In this document: positions 9,675 to 20,552 of the stretch, in pieces
Layout: every line of letters begins with the position of its first letter
Numbering within the stretch: position 1 is the first letter of the stretch
Origin: Vicinamibacterales bacterium
GTDB lineage: Bacteria > Acidobacteriota > Vicinamibacteria > Vicinamibacterales > UBA8438
DNA: 64,000 nt
Direction: 5' to 3'
Assembly: GCA_937766455.1 (NCBI GenBank)
Contig: CALLXD010000010.1
Span: forward strand, 8,298-72,297
The notes under the pieces: generated by a model
What the model was told of the DNA's origin: nothing
The model's input: only the letters and a program-made list of their open reading frames with translations
The model's database searches: none
Program-made: the position numbers and the translations under genes

Positions 9675-10913
9675 GTGCGACGCGCACTCATCATCGCCAT
9701 CAGCAGTCTCGGCATCATCACGATGGCGGTCATGGCCGTCATGATGACCATGGCCGCAGACGCACAGCCGGGCTCGTCGGAACGGCTCCAGGAGGGTCAG
9801 CGTGTCAGGTTGGTCGAGCGCGACGCCGACATCCCTGCGCATCCCGGGCCGCGGGATGCGCGTGTGCCCTTCCGCTTCTCCAGCGGGTCGTCCGGGGTCA
9901 TCCTCTCCATCGATGCAGCCAGTGGCTGGATACAGCTCAGGGGAGAGCGCACGGACGGTGTGGACGCTGCCGGCTGGATCATCAGACGCTATATACACAG
10001 CGCGCCGGAGGACGCTGCGACGCGGCAGCCTCCCGGGGACGAGCTGAGCTGGTGCCCGGCCATCGGGTCGCCGGACCCGTACGCTGACGGGACGCTGAGG
10101 CTGGCGACCTGGAACATTGCCAATCTCCACGCGCGAGATGGCCAGTCGACATTCGGTCCTCCCAGACCGTCCGTTGAGCGGGAAGCGGTCGACTACGAGC
10201 GTATTCGCTGCTACGTACGCCTCGTCGACCCGGATGTGCTCGCGGTTCAGGAAATAGACGGGGAGGATGCGCTTCGGCGAGTCGTCGACATCGACATCTA
10301 TGACCTGCATGTCTCAGGCCGAACGAGGGGGCGCAACATGAACGGCCGGCAGAACACCGGTTTCGCCTACAAGAAGGGGCTGGACGTGAGGCGGCTCCCC
10401 GACTTCGACGCGCTGAACGGCGACAACCGCGGGCTCCGGCGCGGGGCGCGCATCAGCGTCGCATACGGCGATGAACGGCTGCAGTTGATGAACGTGCACC
10501 TCAAGAGCGGGTGCTTCAGCAACGCGGACGGTGGCTCCGACTGCGCAAGCTTGCTACGGCAGGTGCCGGTGCTTGAGGACTGGATCGATCAGCAGGCCGA
10601 CGGTCCGGACCCTATGATTCTGCTGGGCGACTTCAATCGGCGACTGAACGACTCGGGCGACGCCGTGTGGGCCGAACTGGACGATGGGCGGCCGACCAAT
10701 GCCAGTCTCACGGCGGTCACCGACGGGCTGTCAATCAATTGTCGAGACAACCGCTTTCGCGGATTTATTGACCACATCGTGTTCGGCCTGCGGTCGATCC
10801 GGTTCGTTGACCGGTCGTCCTCCCGGCACGTGAACTTGCGTCGCGCGGATCGCCCGCACTGGGACGCAATCTCCGACCATTGCCCGCTGGTGGTCGACCT
10901 TGTCGCTCCCTGA
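9675..10913 (+). CDS. Endonuclease/exonuclease/phosphatase (EEP) family protein with N-terminal anchor and SH3-like segment
   Basis: [34 protein letters not shown] and [10 protein letters not shown] are EEP catalytic motifs. The N-terminus is hydrophobic. Confidence 0.65.
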   Translation: MRRALIIAISSLGIITMAVMAVMMTMAADAQPGSSERLQEGQRVRLVERDADIPAHPGPRDARVPFRFSSGSSGVILSIDAASGWIQLRGERTDGVDAAGWIIRRYIHSAPEDAATRQPPGDELSWCPAIGSPDPYADGTLRLATWNIANLHARDGQSTFGPPRPSVEREAVDYERIRCYVRLVDPDVLAVQEIDGEDALRRVVDIDIYDLHVSGRTRGRNMNGRQNTGFAYKKGLDVRRLPDFDALNGDNRGLRRGARISVAYGDERLQLMNVHLKSGCFSNADGGSDCASLLRQVPVLEDWIDQQADGPDPMILLGDFNRRLNDSGDAVWAELDDGRPTNASLTAVTDGLSINCRDNRFRGFIDHIVFGLRSIRFVDRSSSRHVNLRRADRPHWDAISDHCPLVVDLVAP

Positions 10914-10993
10914 TCAGCCCACAAACCGGCCAGCGTTTCCCTGAACGATGCGGCCGTGTGCAACCAGTGGTCACTCTGCGGTATAACAGAGGA

Positions 10994-12325
10994 ATGGCCT
11001 ACCGTACGGCGTTTCGCTGCATTGCCGGGTGTCCCGGCGAACACCCGCTCTGGAAACCGATCTATCGCTGTCCCACCTGCGGCGACCTGCTGGAGGTCTC
11101 ACACGACCTCGACGCTCTCAGAGACCGTTCCGCTGCGGCCTGGATGCGTCTCTTCGATGAGCGATATAAGCGGACGGCGTGGCCATACGGCTCGTCGGTC
11201 TGGGGAAAGAAGGAATGGGTCTGCCCGGACGTACGGGACGAGTCGATCGTCTCGATGGACGAGGGAGGCACGAACCTATTTTGGGCCGACCGGTTTGGAC
11301 GTGAGCTCGGCATGCGTGACCTGTGGGTCAAGTTGTGCGGGAACTCCCACACCGGGTCGTTCAAAGACCTCGGGATGACCGTCCTAGTCTCGGTCGTGCG
11401 GCAGATCATTCAGGACGGCGGGAACATCAGAGCCGTGGCCTGTGCGTCCACTGGCGACACGTCTGCCTCGCTTGCCGCCTACGCCGCCGGCGGGGGTATC
11501 CCGGCTATCGTGCTGCTGCCACGCGGCAAGGTGTCGACGGCACAGCTGCTGCAGCCGATCGCCAACGGCGCCCTCGTGCTGGCGCTGGACACCGACTTCG
11601 ATGGCTGCATGGCCCTCGTCCAGCGGCTGTCCGAGGACGAGGGCATCTACCTCGCCAACTCGATGAACAGCTTGCGACTTGAAGGGCAAAAGACCGTCGC
11701 CATCGAGATGGTGCAGCAACTCGACTGGCAGATCCCTGACGTGGTTATTATTCCTGGTGGCAATCTTGGCAACGTGAGTGCCCTCGGCGCCGGGTTCGAG
11801 ATGATGGCGTCGCTGGGGATCATCAATAAACAGCCGCAAATTGTCGTCGCGCAGGCCCAGGCGGCGAATCCGCTCTATCTCGCGTACAAGAACAATTGGG
11901 AATTCCAGCCAGTCGCAGCCCAACCGACCCAGGCCTCGGCGATTCAAATTGGCAACCCTGTCTCGGTCCGCAAGGCGATCCGCACGCTGCAGACGCACCG
12001 AGGCATCGTGACCCAGGCGTCCGAAGGTGAGCTCGCGGAAGCGGCCGCCCGCGCCGATCGGACTGGGATGTATAACTGCCCGCATACGGGGGTTGCGCTG
12101 GCGGCACTCATCAAGCTGCTCGATGCCGGACAGATCGATCCCGCCGCTCGCGTGGTCGTCGTGTCAACCGCCAGCGGGCTGAAGTTCACGGACTTCAAGC
12201 TGGGCTATCACGAAGGCCGACTCCCTGGGGTCACATCGCTCCACGCCAACACGCCGGTGGAGCTGCCCAACGATTACGACGCGGTGCGGCGCACCATCGA
12301 CCAGCACGCCGGAACCGGCGCGTAA
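10994..12325 (+). CDS. thrC: Threonine synthase
   Basis: Start at ATG 10994 ([20 protein letters not shown] ribbon). [14 protein letters not shown] motif and [16 protein letters not shown]. Confidence 0.85.
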   Translation: MAYRTAFRCIAGCPGEHPLWKPIYRCPTCGDLLEVSHDLDALRDRSAAAWMRLFDERYKRTAWPYGSSVWGKKEWVCPDVRDESIVSMDEGGTNLFWADRFGRELGMRDLWVKLCGNSHTGSFKDLGMTVLVSVVRQIIQDGGNIRAVACASTGDTSASLAAYAAGGGIPAIVLLPRGKVSTAQLLQPIANGALVLALDTDFDGCMALVQRLSEDEGIYLANSMNSLRLEGQKTVAIEMVQQLDWQIPDVVIIPGGNLGNVSALGAGFEMMASLGIINKQPQIVVAQAQAANPLYLAYKNNWEFQPVAAQPTQASAIQIGNPVSVRKAIRTLQTHRGIVTQASEGELAEAAARADRTGMYNCPHTGVALAALIKLLDAGQIDPAARVVVVSTASGLKFTDFKLGYHEGRLPGVTSLHANTPVELPNDYDAVRRTIDQHAGTGA

Positions 12326-12335
12326 GGTCCGGCCA

Positions 12336-13874
12336 CTACCGCAGAAACATGTCGTAGGCCGTGCTGTCGGTCTGCAGTTCGTGCGCGTAGCCAAGCTCGG
12401 CCAGAAACGCCTCGAACTGAGGCATCTCGTCGTCTGGCACCTCGAAGCCGGCCAACACCCGGCCGAAGTCAGCACCGTGGTTCCGATAGTGGAACAGACT
12501 GATGTTCCATCGGCCACCCAGCGTGTCGAGGAACTCGAGGAGGGCACCCGGCCGTTCTGGAAACTCGAATCGGCAGGGGCGTTCATCCTGGACCTCGGGC
12601 GCCCGTCCGCCGCCGAGGTGCCGGACGTGCAGCTTCGCCAACTCGTCGTCTGAGAAGTCCACCACCGCGTAGCCGTGTTCCTCGAGTTGCGCCTGCAGCG
12701 CCGCGGCATCCGCGCGCGAACTTGTGCCGACCCCAACGAAGATGTGCGCCTCGGCGCCCGCGCGAAAGCGATAGTTGAATTCCGTGACCACGCGCGGGCC
12801 CACCGCGGCGCAGAACGCACGAAAGGCCCCTGGCCGTTCTGGAATGGTGACGGCGAAGACGGCTTCGCGGGCCTCTCCCAATTCGGCGCGCTCGGCCACG
12901 AATCGGAGCCGGTCGAAATTCATGTTTGCGCCGCTCAGGATGGCCACCAACGCTCCTGCTCCCCCCTCGGCCGCTGCCATCCATCGTTTCAGCCCTGCCA
13001 CGGCCAGCGCACCCGCCGGCTCCACCACCGACCGCGTATCGTCAAAGACGTCTTTGATCGCCGCGCAGATCTCGTCGTTGGAGACGCGGACGATCTCGTC
13101 GACATAGTCAGTAGCGACCGTGAACGCCAGCTCGCCCACGCGGGACACCGCGGTACCGTCGGCGAACAGGCCGACGCGGTCGAGCGTCACCCGGCGTCCA
13201 GCCGCGAGCGACTGATACATGGCATCGGACTCATGGGGCTCAACACCGATCACGCGCACCTGGGGCGTGAGCGTCTTCAGGTAGGCCGCCACCCCGGCCA
13301 GCAACCCTCCCCCGCCAACTGGCACAAACACCGCACGTGGCGGCACGGGACATTGCCGACGCAGCTCATCGGCAACGGTCCCCTGCCCCGCCACCACGAG
13401 CAGGTCGTCAAAGGGATGCACGAGCTCAAGACCGCGCTCTTCAGCAAATTCGGCGGCATGACGCTCCGCCGAAGCGTAGTCGTCACCCACCAGCATGACC
13501 TCGGCGCCCAACCGACGCACCGCAAGCACCTTGATTTCGGGGGTCGTCCGCGGCATGACGACGAAGGACGGCGCGCCCAGCGCCCGTGCCGCATAGGCGA
13601 CCCCCTGTGCATGGTTGCCAGCGCTGGCGCAGACTACCCCTTGCGACCTCCGGTCGGGATCCAGTTGCGCGATCTTGTTGTAGGCCCCGCGCAGCTTGAA
13701 GCTGAAGACGGGTTGTAGGTCCTCCCGCTTGAGCAGGACCGGCGCCCCAACACGGGACGAGAGCCCGCTCGCGGGATCGAGCGGCGTCTCACGAGCGACG
13801 TCGTACACGCGGCTTGTCAACGTCTCCCTGAGGAGCCGCTCGACCAGCTCACGCGGGGACCAGGAGGGCATCAA
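12336..13874 (-). CDS. ilvA: Biosynthetic threonine dehydratase (with tandem ACT-like C-terminal domains)
   Basis: QPVFSFKLRGAYNK PLP motif, 512 aa, long regulatory C-terminus. Confidence 0.92.
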   Translation of the reverse strand: MMPSWSPRELVERLLRETLTSRVYDVARETPLDPASGLSSRVGAPVLLKREDLQPVFSFKLRGAYNKIAQLDPDRRSQGVVCASAGNHAQGVAYAARALGAPSFVVMPRTTPEIKVLAVRRLGAEVMLVGDDYASAERHAAEFAEERGLELVHPFDDLLVVAGQGTVADELRRQCPVPPRAVFVPVGGGGLLAGVAAYLKTLTPQVRVIGVEPHESDAMYQSLAAGRRVTLDRVGLFADGTAVSRVGELAFTVATDYVDEIVRVSNDEICAAIKDVFDDTRSVVEPAGALAVAGLKRWMAAAEGGAGALVAILSGANMNFDRLRFVAERAELGEAREAVFAVTIPERPGAFRAFCAAVGPRVVTEFNYRFRAGAEAHIFVGVGTSSRADAAALQAQLEEHGYAVVDFSDDELAKLHVRHLGGGRAPEVQDERPCRFEFPERPGALLEFLDTLGGRWNISLFHYRNHGADFGRVLAGFEVPDDEMPQFEAFLAELGYAHELQTDSTAYDMFLR

Positions 13875-13910
13875 CCTGCCATGCTATCATTCGAAGGCGG
13901 AGGGCATGTG

Positions 13911-14135
13911 ATGCCGATCTACGAGTACGAGTGTCGCGATTGCCGAACCGACTTCGAGTTACTGGTCCGGGCGAGTGCGGCCCCGACCTGCCCGTCCTGC
14001 GAGAGCACGTCGCTGCAGAAGCGGCTGTCCGCGTTCGCCGTGGGCCGAGGCGGCCCAGTCGCAGCGGCGTCGGTGCCGCAAGCCTGCGGTAGTTGTGGCG
14101 ACCCGCGCGGAGCCGGCGCCTGCTCGATGAACTGA
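13911..14135 (+). CDS. FmdB-family zinc-ribbon protein
   Basis: MPIYEYECRDCRTDFE...CPSCES (CxxC..CxxC). A GGCGGAGGG RBS precedes ATG 13911. Confidence 0.75.
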   Translation: MPIYEYECRDCRTDFELLVRASAAPTCPSCESTSLQKRLSAFAVGRGGPVAAASVPQACGSCGDPRGAGACSMN

Positions 14136-14157
14136 GACACACTGAGCGAGTCTGCAG

Positions 14158-14529
14158 ATGGCCGTACCCAGGATCACCAAGGAAGAGTTGAAGACCCTCC
14201 TCGAGGAGGACGGCGGCACCCCGCCGGTCATTCTCGATGCGCGGTTGAAGTATCCCTACGAACACAGCACGGTCATGCTGCCAGGAGCCGTACGCGTGCA
14301 CCCAGACGACCCGAGCACGGGGCTCTCGACCGAGCGCGACGTCGTCGCCTATGACTCGGACCCAGAAGAGCTCGTCAGCGCTCCGGTGGCGGCGGCGCTC
14401 ATCCGGAAGGGCTACCGTGCCAAGGCGCTGCAAGGAGGCCTCGCGGAATGGATCACCGCGAAGTTTCCGACGGACGAAAAGGACGCGCCCAAACAGGCAC
14501 CGCCTAAGGCGGGCGGCCTCAAGGGCTGA
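14158..14529 (+). CDS. Rhodanese-like domain protein, catalytic Cys replaced (probably non-catalytic)
   Basis: Rhodanese layout ..VILDAR...PGAVRV..DVVAYDSDPEE..LQGGLAEW. The active-site position carries Asp instead of Cys. Confidence 0.65.
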   Translation: MAVPRITKEELKTLLEEDGGTPPVILDARLKYPYEHSTVMLPGAVRVHPDDPSTGLSTERDVVAYDSDPEELVSAPVAAALIRKGYRAKALQGGLAEWITAKFPTDEKDAPKQAPPKAGGLKG

Positions 14530-14594
14530 CACCGCACCTCCGCGGGGAGAACCGGGCGCCCCACGCCCGCTTTTCCCAGACGCCAGCGCCGCCG

Positions 14595-15299
14595 ATGACC
14601 ATGACGCAGCGAAGCTGGGCCCGAACGATCACGCTCACAGCGGCCTGCATAGGCTGGCTCGTAGCTGGCACACCAGGCGTCGCGCAGTCGCCGTTGCGAA
14701 GCGCAGAGGACTTACAGCAGGCGCTCCAGCAGCGCTACGAACTCGTACTCGATCTCAGCGCCGATTTTACGCAGACCTACGAGGGCGGCGTCCTTCGGTC
14801 AAGTCTCGTCGAACGTGGCCGCATGCAGGTGAAGATCCCTGGCAAGATGCGCTGGGACTATCAGGACCCGGAACAAAAGTTGATGGTCTCGGATGGCGCG
14901 CAGATGTTTGTCTATCTCCCTGAGGACGAACAGGTGATGGTGGCGGCGATGCCGGCTGGAGACCACGCCACCACACCAGCGTTACTGCTGGCGGGTGTGG
15001 GAGACTTCGTCGACGATTTCACGGCTGCCTTGGACACCGTCCAGGACGCCCCGCCGGACAGCTACGTCCTGCGCCTGACCCCCACGCGCCCAGAGCCGGA
15101 TTTCGAGTTTCTGACCCTCGTATTGGATCCACGCTCTCTCGCGATCACACGTCTCATCGCCTACGACCTCCAAGGTGGAGTCTCGACCTTCTCCTTCTCC
15201 AACCTACAGGAGAATCGCGATTTGTCCGATACACCGTTTACCTTCGAGATACCACGTGGCACCGAAATCATCCACTTCAACGAGTCCGCGCCACTGTAG
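14595..15299 (+). CDS. lolA: Outer-membrane lipoprotein carrier protein LolA-like
   Basis: Signal peptide followed by DFTQTYEGG...RGRMQVKIPGKMRWDY...MVSDGAQMFVYLPEDEQV, a typical LolA pattern. Confidence 0.72.
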   Translation: MTMTQRSWARTITLTAACIGWLVAGTPGVAQSPLRSAEDLQQALQQRYELVLDLSADFTQTYEGGVLRSSLVERGRMQVKIPGKMRWDYQDPEQKLMVSDGAQMFVYLPEDEQVMVAAMPAGDHATTPALLLAGVGDFVDDFTAALDTVQDAPPDSYVLRLTPTRPEPDFEFLTLVLDPRSLAITRLIAYDLQGGVSTFSFSNLQENRDLSDTPFTFEIPRGTEIIHFNESAPL

Positions 15300-15333
15300 C
15301 CGGGACGGCCGGAGCCGTGGCGGTTACGTCCTG

Positions 15334-17094
15334 ATGCTGTTACTGGCGAGCCTCGTCTGGACGGGGTGCGCCACCGGAGCCCACGACCGCGCACGCACCG
15401 CCGAGTTGTCGGAAGACTACGACGCCGCCGTGATCGAATACACCCGGGCGCTGCGGGAGCGTCCGACCGATCGGGGTCTGAAGCGGGATCTGGAGCGAGC
15501 CAGGATGCGGGCCGGCCAGTATCACTACTCGCTGGGACGGCGGCAAGCTGGGCTGGGCAACTACGACGACGCGCTGGTGGAGTATCAGATCGCGTCCGCG
15601 ATGAACCCCAACAGCGGCGAGATCCAGGATGCGCTCCGTGAGACACGGAGCGCGGTCCAGACCAGACTCATCGCGCGGGAGGAGGGCCAAACCGAACTGG
15701 AGGCCCTGATCGAACGCGCCAGCGCGCTACCACCGGACGGCTTTACCCTACCTGAAGCCACGCTCCCAGACTCACTGGTGTTCCGCGACGCCGGCACGCG
15801 AGATGTCTTCTCCGCGCTCGGTCAATTCGCTGACGTCAGTGTCATTTTCGACCCCGCGTTCATCGACGAATCGGTGTCCATCGACCTGCGTGGCGCCTCG
15901 CTCTCAAACGCGCTCACCGCGGTCGCGCGCTCGACACGCAACTTCTACCGCATCACCGGCGATCAGACCGTCACCGTGATTCCGGACACGCCGGCGAAAC
16001 GCCGCGAGTATGAAGAGGAAGTCGTTCAGACGTTCTACCTGAGTAACGCAGATGTCGGAGAGACGATGGACCTGCTGCGTCTGGTCATTGACCTCCGGCG
16101 ACTGGCTCCGATCACGGCGACCCGCGCCATCTCGGTCCGGGACACACCGGAACGTCTCGCCGCCACCGCCAGACTCATCTCCGCCATTGACAAGGCGCGA
16201 CCCGAGGTCGTCATCGACGTCGAACTCCTCGAAGTCGATCGTTCTCGTCTGCGCGAGTACGGGCTGCAATTCGCATCGCCCGGCTCTTCGGGTATCGACG
16301 GATCCGCGACAGTTGACGGCGGCGGTCGGTTCCTCGACGAACTCGCCAGCCTCGGCAGCTCGGATGTCTTCGTCGCCAACATCCCTGGCCTCTTCTACAG
16401 GTTGCTGAAACGTGACTCAGACACCCGTACCCTGGCGAACCCGCACCTCCGCACATCCGAGGGATTGCCCGCTCAAGCGCGCTTTGGGGACCGGGTGCCG
16501 ATCCCGGCCACGACGTTCTCGCCCATCGCCACCGGCGGAATTCAGCAACAACCGATCACCTCGTTCAACTACGCGGACATCGGTGTCAACATCGACATCA
16601 CGCCGCTGACCCATCACAACGACGACGTCTCGTTGCAACTGTCCATCGAGGTGAGCAATATCTCCGGTACAGGATTCGGCGGTCTGCCGACCATCGGAAA
16701 CCGGTCAATCGAAACGACCATCCGATTGCGAGACGGTGAAACGAACATTCTGGCTGGTCTGATTCGTGACGACGAGCGAGACTCACTGGAGGGGATCCCA
16801 GGCCTGAGCGACCTCCCGGTGATCGGCCGTCTCTTCGCCCGCAATACACGAGAAACGCAGGAGACGGACATCATCGTCACCCTGACACCCAGAATCATCC
16901 GCGTGCTCGATCTCGAGGAACGCGACATCCGAGCGTTCCGCGTCGAGCGTGATACCGGAAGCGGACTCGACATCAGGGCCCCCCTGCCGGCACCGTTGAC
17001 GAACCAAGCCCGACCGGCCGCGCCACCCGCCAGGCCAGGCGCCGGAGCCGGAGCCGCGCCCATCCTGCCGCCATCGCTCATCCCGCCACAATAG
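15334..17094 (+). CDS. GspD/PilQ-type secretin with N-terminal lipobox and TPR segment
   Basis: ATG 15334. MLLLASLVWTGC is lipobox-like. TPR-like helices and N0/N1-like modules precede the secretin core: LANPHLRTSEG...GIPGLSDLPVIGRLF. Confidence 0.75.
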   Translation: MLLLASLVWTGCATGAHDRARTAELSEDYDAAVIEYTRALRERPTDRGLKRDLERARMRAGQYHYSLGRRQAGLGNYDDALVEYQIASAMNPNSGEIQDALRETRSAVQTRLIAREEGQTELEALIERASALPPDGFTLPEATLPDSLVFRDAGTRDVFSALGQFADVSVIFDPAFIDESVSIDLRGASLSNALTAVARSTRNFYRITGDQTVTVIPDTPAKRREYEEEVVQTFYLSNADVGETMDLLRLVIDLRRLAPITATRAISVRDTPERLAATARLISAIDKARPEVVIDVELLEVDRSRLREYGLQFASPGSSGIDGSATVDGGGRFLDELASLGSSDVFVANIPGLFYRLLKRDSDTRTLANPHLRTSEGLPAQARFGDRVPIPATTFSPIATGGIQQQPITSFNYADIGVNIDITPLTHHNDDVSLQLSIEVSNISGTGFGGLPTIGNRSIETTIRLRDGETNILAGLIRDDERDSLEGIPGLSDLPVIGRLFARNTRETQETDIIVTLTPRIIRVLDLEERDIRAFRVERDTGSGLDIRAPLPAPLTNQARPAAPPARPGAGAGAAPILPPSLIPPQ

Positions 17095-17317
17095 CGCTCG
17101 CCGCCCCTTGCGGGCCCACACCGGCGGCGAGGGGTCCGTGACGATGCGATGTGCACTAGCAGTCCGTGGTGAAGGTCCAGCGTCGCACCGAGACCGACGC
17201 TGGACCGGCCGAACAAGGCGAGAAGAGGGAAAATACAGGCAGTATGTGACCGATGAACAACGCAGGTCGGCCGGATTCAGCGTCGGTCGAATGCAGCGGG
17301 ACCTCTACCACGGGCTG

Positions 17318-18616
17318 CTAGCGCTGCTCAACCTCGATGTGTGCGCCGAGCGCGCGCAATCGTTCGACGAGTTGCGCATACCCGCGCTCGACCGTCTCCA
17401 GCGGCTGAATACGGCTGGTCCCGGTTGCGGCCAGCGCCGCGGCAATCAACGCCATACCGGAACGGAGATCCCGGCTGTCGAGCGTGCGGCCCGTGAGGCG
17501 GGCCGGGCCGTTGACGATCATCCGGTGGGAATCGCAGAGGAACAGGTTCGCCCCCATGCCGCTCAACTGCTCCAAGGCGAACAGCCGCAGCTCATACATC
17601 CAGTCGTGCACCAGCGTGCGGCCGGTGGCTTGTGTCGCCAGCACGCTCATGAGACTGACCATATCGCTCGGGAATCCCGGCCACGGCGCGGTCGTGATTT
17701 GGCGAATCGCCACCGGTGAGGACGGACGAACGAGCAGGCGATGCGCGTCGACATCGCAGTCAACCTGCATGCGCCGCAACACCGTCGTGATCGGCTCCAA
17801 GTCGGACGCCCTGGCGCCGCACACCTCCAGCTCGCCACCGGTGACCGCGGCCACGACGGCCCAGCTACCGGCTTCAATGTAGTCTCCGCTCAGGCGGTGT
17901 GCCGCGCCGCCCAGGGCGCCGCCCCCGGAGACACGGATGGTCGGCGTCCCGGCGCCTTCCACCTTCGCCCCCATTTGTGTCAAGAACTCGCACAACTCGA
18001 CCACGTGGGGCTCGCAGGCGGCGTGACGAATCTCACTCTCACCCGGTGCCGCCGCCGCCGCCAGAAGCGCCGTTTCAGTCCCGGTGACCGAGGCCTCTTC
18101 GAGATACACCGAGGCCGGCACCAGTCCACCCGGAGCTTCCAGGACGTAGTCAGCCGCCGTGTCCTCGCGCCGTCGCACCCCCATCGCGCCCAGCGCCTGC
18201 AGATGCACCGACAAGGTGCGTCGTGCCGGGAAATCGCCACCCGGCGGCGCCAGCCGCACCTGCCCACACCGTGCCAACAGCGGACCACACAGCAGCACTG
18301 AACCGCGGAGCCGCCCCACCAACTTGCGGTCCGGCTCATGGCCGGTCACCTGATCGCAACGGACCGTGAGGCTGGTCGTGCCGACTCCGTCCACCGAGGC
18401 ACCCAGACCGCGAAGCAGCTCGGCCATCACCTGTACGTCTTTGATCCGAGGCACATTCGTCAGCTCGCACGGTGCATCCGTGAGCAAGCAGGCCGCCAGC
18501 AGGGGCAATGCCGAGTTCTTGTTCCCCTCGACATCGAGCCGCCCCGCCAGACGATGGCCGCCTTCGACGACCAGCGTCGTCGGGCCGTCGCTGGGTCCAG
18601 TACTCCCTGTATTCAT
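17318..18616 (-). CDS. murA: UDP-N-acetylglucosamine 1-carboxyvinyltransferase
   Basis: LVVEGGHRLAGRLDVEGNKNSALPLLAACLL. ATG 18616 overlaps the murB stop as ATGA. Confidence 0.92.
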   Translation of the reverse strand: MNTGSTGPSDGPTTLVVEGGHRLAGRLDVEGNKNSALPLLAACLLTDAPCELTNVPRIKDVQVMAELLRGLGASVDGVGTTSLTVRCDQVTGHEPDRKLVGRLRGSVLLCGPLLARCGQVRLAPPGGDFPARRTLSVHLQALGAMGVRRREDTAADYVLEAPGGLVPASVYLEEASVTGTETALLAAAAAPGESEIRHAACEPHVVELCEFLTQMGAKVEGAGTPTIRVSGGGALGGAAHRLSGDYIEAGSWAVVAAVTGGELEVCGARASDLEPITTVLRRMQVDCDVDAHRLLVRPSSPVAIRQITTAPWPGFPSDMVSLMSVLATQATGRTLVHDWMYELRLFALEQLSGMGANLFLCDSHRMIVNGPARLTGRTLDSRDLRSGMALIAAALAATGTSRIQPLETVERGYAQLVERLRALGAHIEVEQR

Positions 18617-19614
18617 TCCACCTCGTTTCGTCCCTCGGGCTCGAAGTCCCCGAGGTACACCAATTCTTCGCGTAAGACGACCCCGAACCGCTCGCCGACG
18701 ACCTCGCGGCATCGGTCTATGAGGGCGCGCACATCGCGCGCCGAAGCGCCCCCCTCGTTGACGACGAAATTCCCGTGCACATGCGACACCACGGCCCCGC
18801 CGATCCGGTAGCCCTTGAGTCCGACGCGCTCGACCAGCGCGCCAGCCGATCGAGGCACGCCGTCCGGCAGCGGGCCATCATCAGCTCGCGGATTCTGGAA
18901 GACGCAGCCCGCCGACGCCTGATCAAGGGGCTGGGTACGCTTACGGAAAGCGAGTGAACGGCGCGCCGCCTCCCGCAGTGTCGCGACCGGACCGTCGGCC
19001 ACCCTGAATTCAGCCCAGAGCACCAGTTCTCCCGTGTGCTGCACCCGACTATCGTCGTACCCGAACCCCATCTCGCCCGCTAGCACGCGCACCACCGCGC
19101 CAGCCCGGTCGACGAGCCCAACCGCCGTCACGATATCACCCAGCAACCGGCCATCGAAATGCGCATTGCCGCGGATAGCGCCGCCGACGGTCCCCGGCGT
19201 TCCAGCCCACCGCTCAAGTCCCCCGAGACCACGATGGAGCGTCCACCGCACCAGGCCATTGAGAGTCACACCGCTGTCGGCACGGACGGTGTCCGCGTCG
19301 GGACAATCGATGGCGCCATGTCGTAGCCGCAGTACGACGCCACGCACGCCGCCGTCGCCTACCAATACGTTGGAGCCGCCACCCAGCACGGTGAGTGGGA
19401 CGCCGAGCTCCGCCGTGAGACGCACGGCCGCGACGATGTCGTCTGGGCGACTGGTCTCGACCAACCACTCGGCGTGTCCCCCGGTGCGAAATGTCGTCAG
19501 CGCTCCGAGCGGGACGCGGCGACCAACCCGGTCGCCAAAGGCGTCCCGTAGCCGACGAGCCGTGCTTTCACCACCCCTGCCGGCAGGCTCGCTGTCTCTC
19601 AAGAGGTTCGCCAT
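18613..19614 (-). CDS. murB: UDP-N-acetylenolpyruvoylglucosamine reductase
   Basis: FAD-binding pattern TTFRTGGHAEW..LGGGSNVL. Start taken at ATG 19614 (MANLL..), overlapping the pxpC end by 16 nt. Confidence 0.88.
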   Translation of the reverse strand: MANLLRDSEPAGRGGESTARRLRDAFGDRVGRRVPLGALTTFRTGGHAEWLVETSRPDDIVAAVRLTAELGVPLTVLGGGSNVLVGDGGVRGVVLRLRHGAIDCPDADTVRADSGVTLNGLVRWTLHRGLGGLERWAGTPGTVGGAIRGNAHFDGRLLGDIVTAVGLVDRAGAVVRVLAGEMGFGYDDSRVQHTGELVLWAEFRVADGPVATLREAARRSLAFRKRTQPLDQASAGCVFQNPRADDGPLPDGVPRSAGALVERVGLKGYRIGGAVVSHVHGNFVVNEGGASARDVRALIDRCREVVGERFGVVLREELVYLGDFEPEGRNEVE

Positions 19615-20552
19615 TCGGTGCACTGCATGAGCCGTTGTTGCTGAGCGACCAAGGCGCCGACAGCCGACCCGCGGTCGCATGCCTCGAATCGAATCCAGTC
19701 ACCTGGCGCAAGCTGGCCCACCAGCGGCAGATCAGCGCTGATGACCGTCGCGATCCTCGGATACCCGCCCGTGGTCTGCCGGTCCGCCATCAACAGAATC
19801 GGATGCCCCGAGGGCGGCACTTGCACGGTGCCGCACGGCGTGGCCGCAGACAACATCGACGTCTCATCAGCCAGTGCCAGCGGTGGACCCGACAAGCGAT
19901 ACCCCATTCGATTCGAGTCGGCCGCAACGGTGAACTGCGTGGTCATCAGCCCGTCTAGCGCCGTCTCCCCGCACCGCGCGCCATCGTCTTCAGTATGAGG
20001 CGTCGCGATAGCCCGCACCCGAGCCCCCCCGTCCGGCAGCGGCAGTGGCGCGATCGGGGCGACCCGCCGTGCCGTCCCGCGAGCCATCGGTCCCAACACC
20101 AGCCGATCGCCGGTCTGCAGACGTCGACCGCCCAATCCGCCGAATCCACTGGCCAGGTCGGTACTTCGACTCCCCAACACCGGAGGAACGTCGATGCCGC
20201 CCGCCACCCCAAGATAGGCCCGCGCCCCGGCACCGCGAGGCCCGAATCGCAGCACGCTCCCGAGACGCGCCGGACACGCGACACCCATCGGCACGACGAC
20301 CTCGTCGAGATACAGCTCGAACTCGGCGCCGGTGACGGCGAACGTGATGTCATCCCGGAATTCGAGCGTCGGACCTGCTAGCGTCACCTCGAGGGTCGCA
20401 CAGCCCGCAGGGTTTCCCACGGCCAGATTCGCGAGCTGATGTGAGAAGTCGTCCATCGGCCCCGCTACCGGCACGCCAAGCGATTGACTCCCCCACCGCC
20501 CACGATCCTGCACGGTCGTCAGCAGCCCCGGCTCCAAGACGTGGATCGTCAT
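19599..20552 (-). CDS. pxpC: 5-oxoprolinase subunit C-like (KipA / allophanate hydrolase subunit 2 fold)
   Basis: MTIHVLEPGLLTTVQDRGRWGSQSLGVPVAGPMD is the typical family N-terminus. Confidence 0.82.
   Translation of the reverse strand: MTIHVLEPGLLTTVQDRGRWGSQSLGVPVAGPMDDFSHQLANLAVGNPAGCATLEVTLAGPTLEFRDDITFAVTGAEFELYLDEVVVPMGVACPARLGSVLRFGPRGAGARAYLGVAGGIDVPPVLGSRSTDLASGFGGLGGRRLQTGDRLVLGPMARGTARRVAPIAPLPLPDGGARVRAIATPHTEDDGARCGETALDGLMTTQFTVAADSNRMGYRLSGPPLALADETSMLSAATPCGTVQVPPSGHPILLMADRQTTGGYPRIATVISADLPLVGQLAPGDWIRFEACDRGSAVGALVAQQQRLMQCTEWRTS

Noticed and set aside
17097-17131. Hairpin ctcgccgcc-N17-ggcggcgag between the convergent secretin and murA genes, considered as a bidirectional terminator.
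   Set aside because: There is no U-tract on either side and the loop is long. It is too weak to call.
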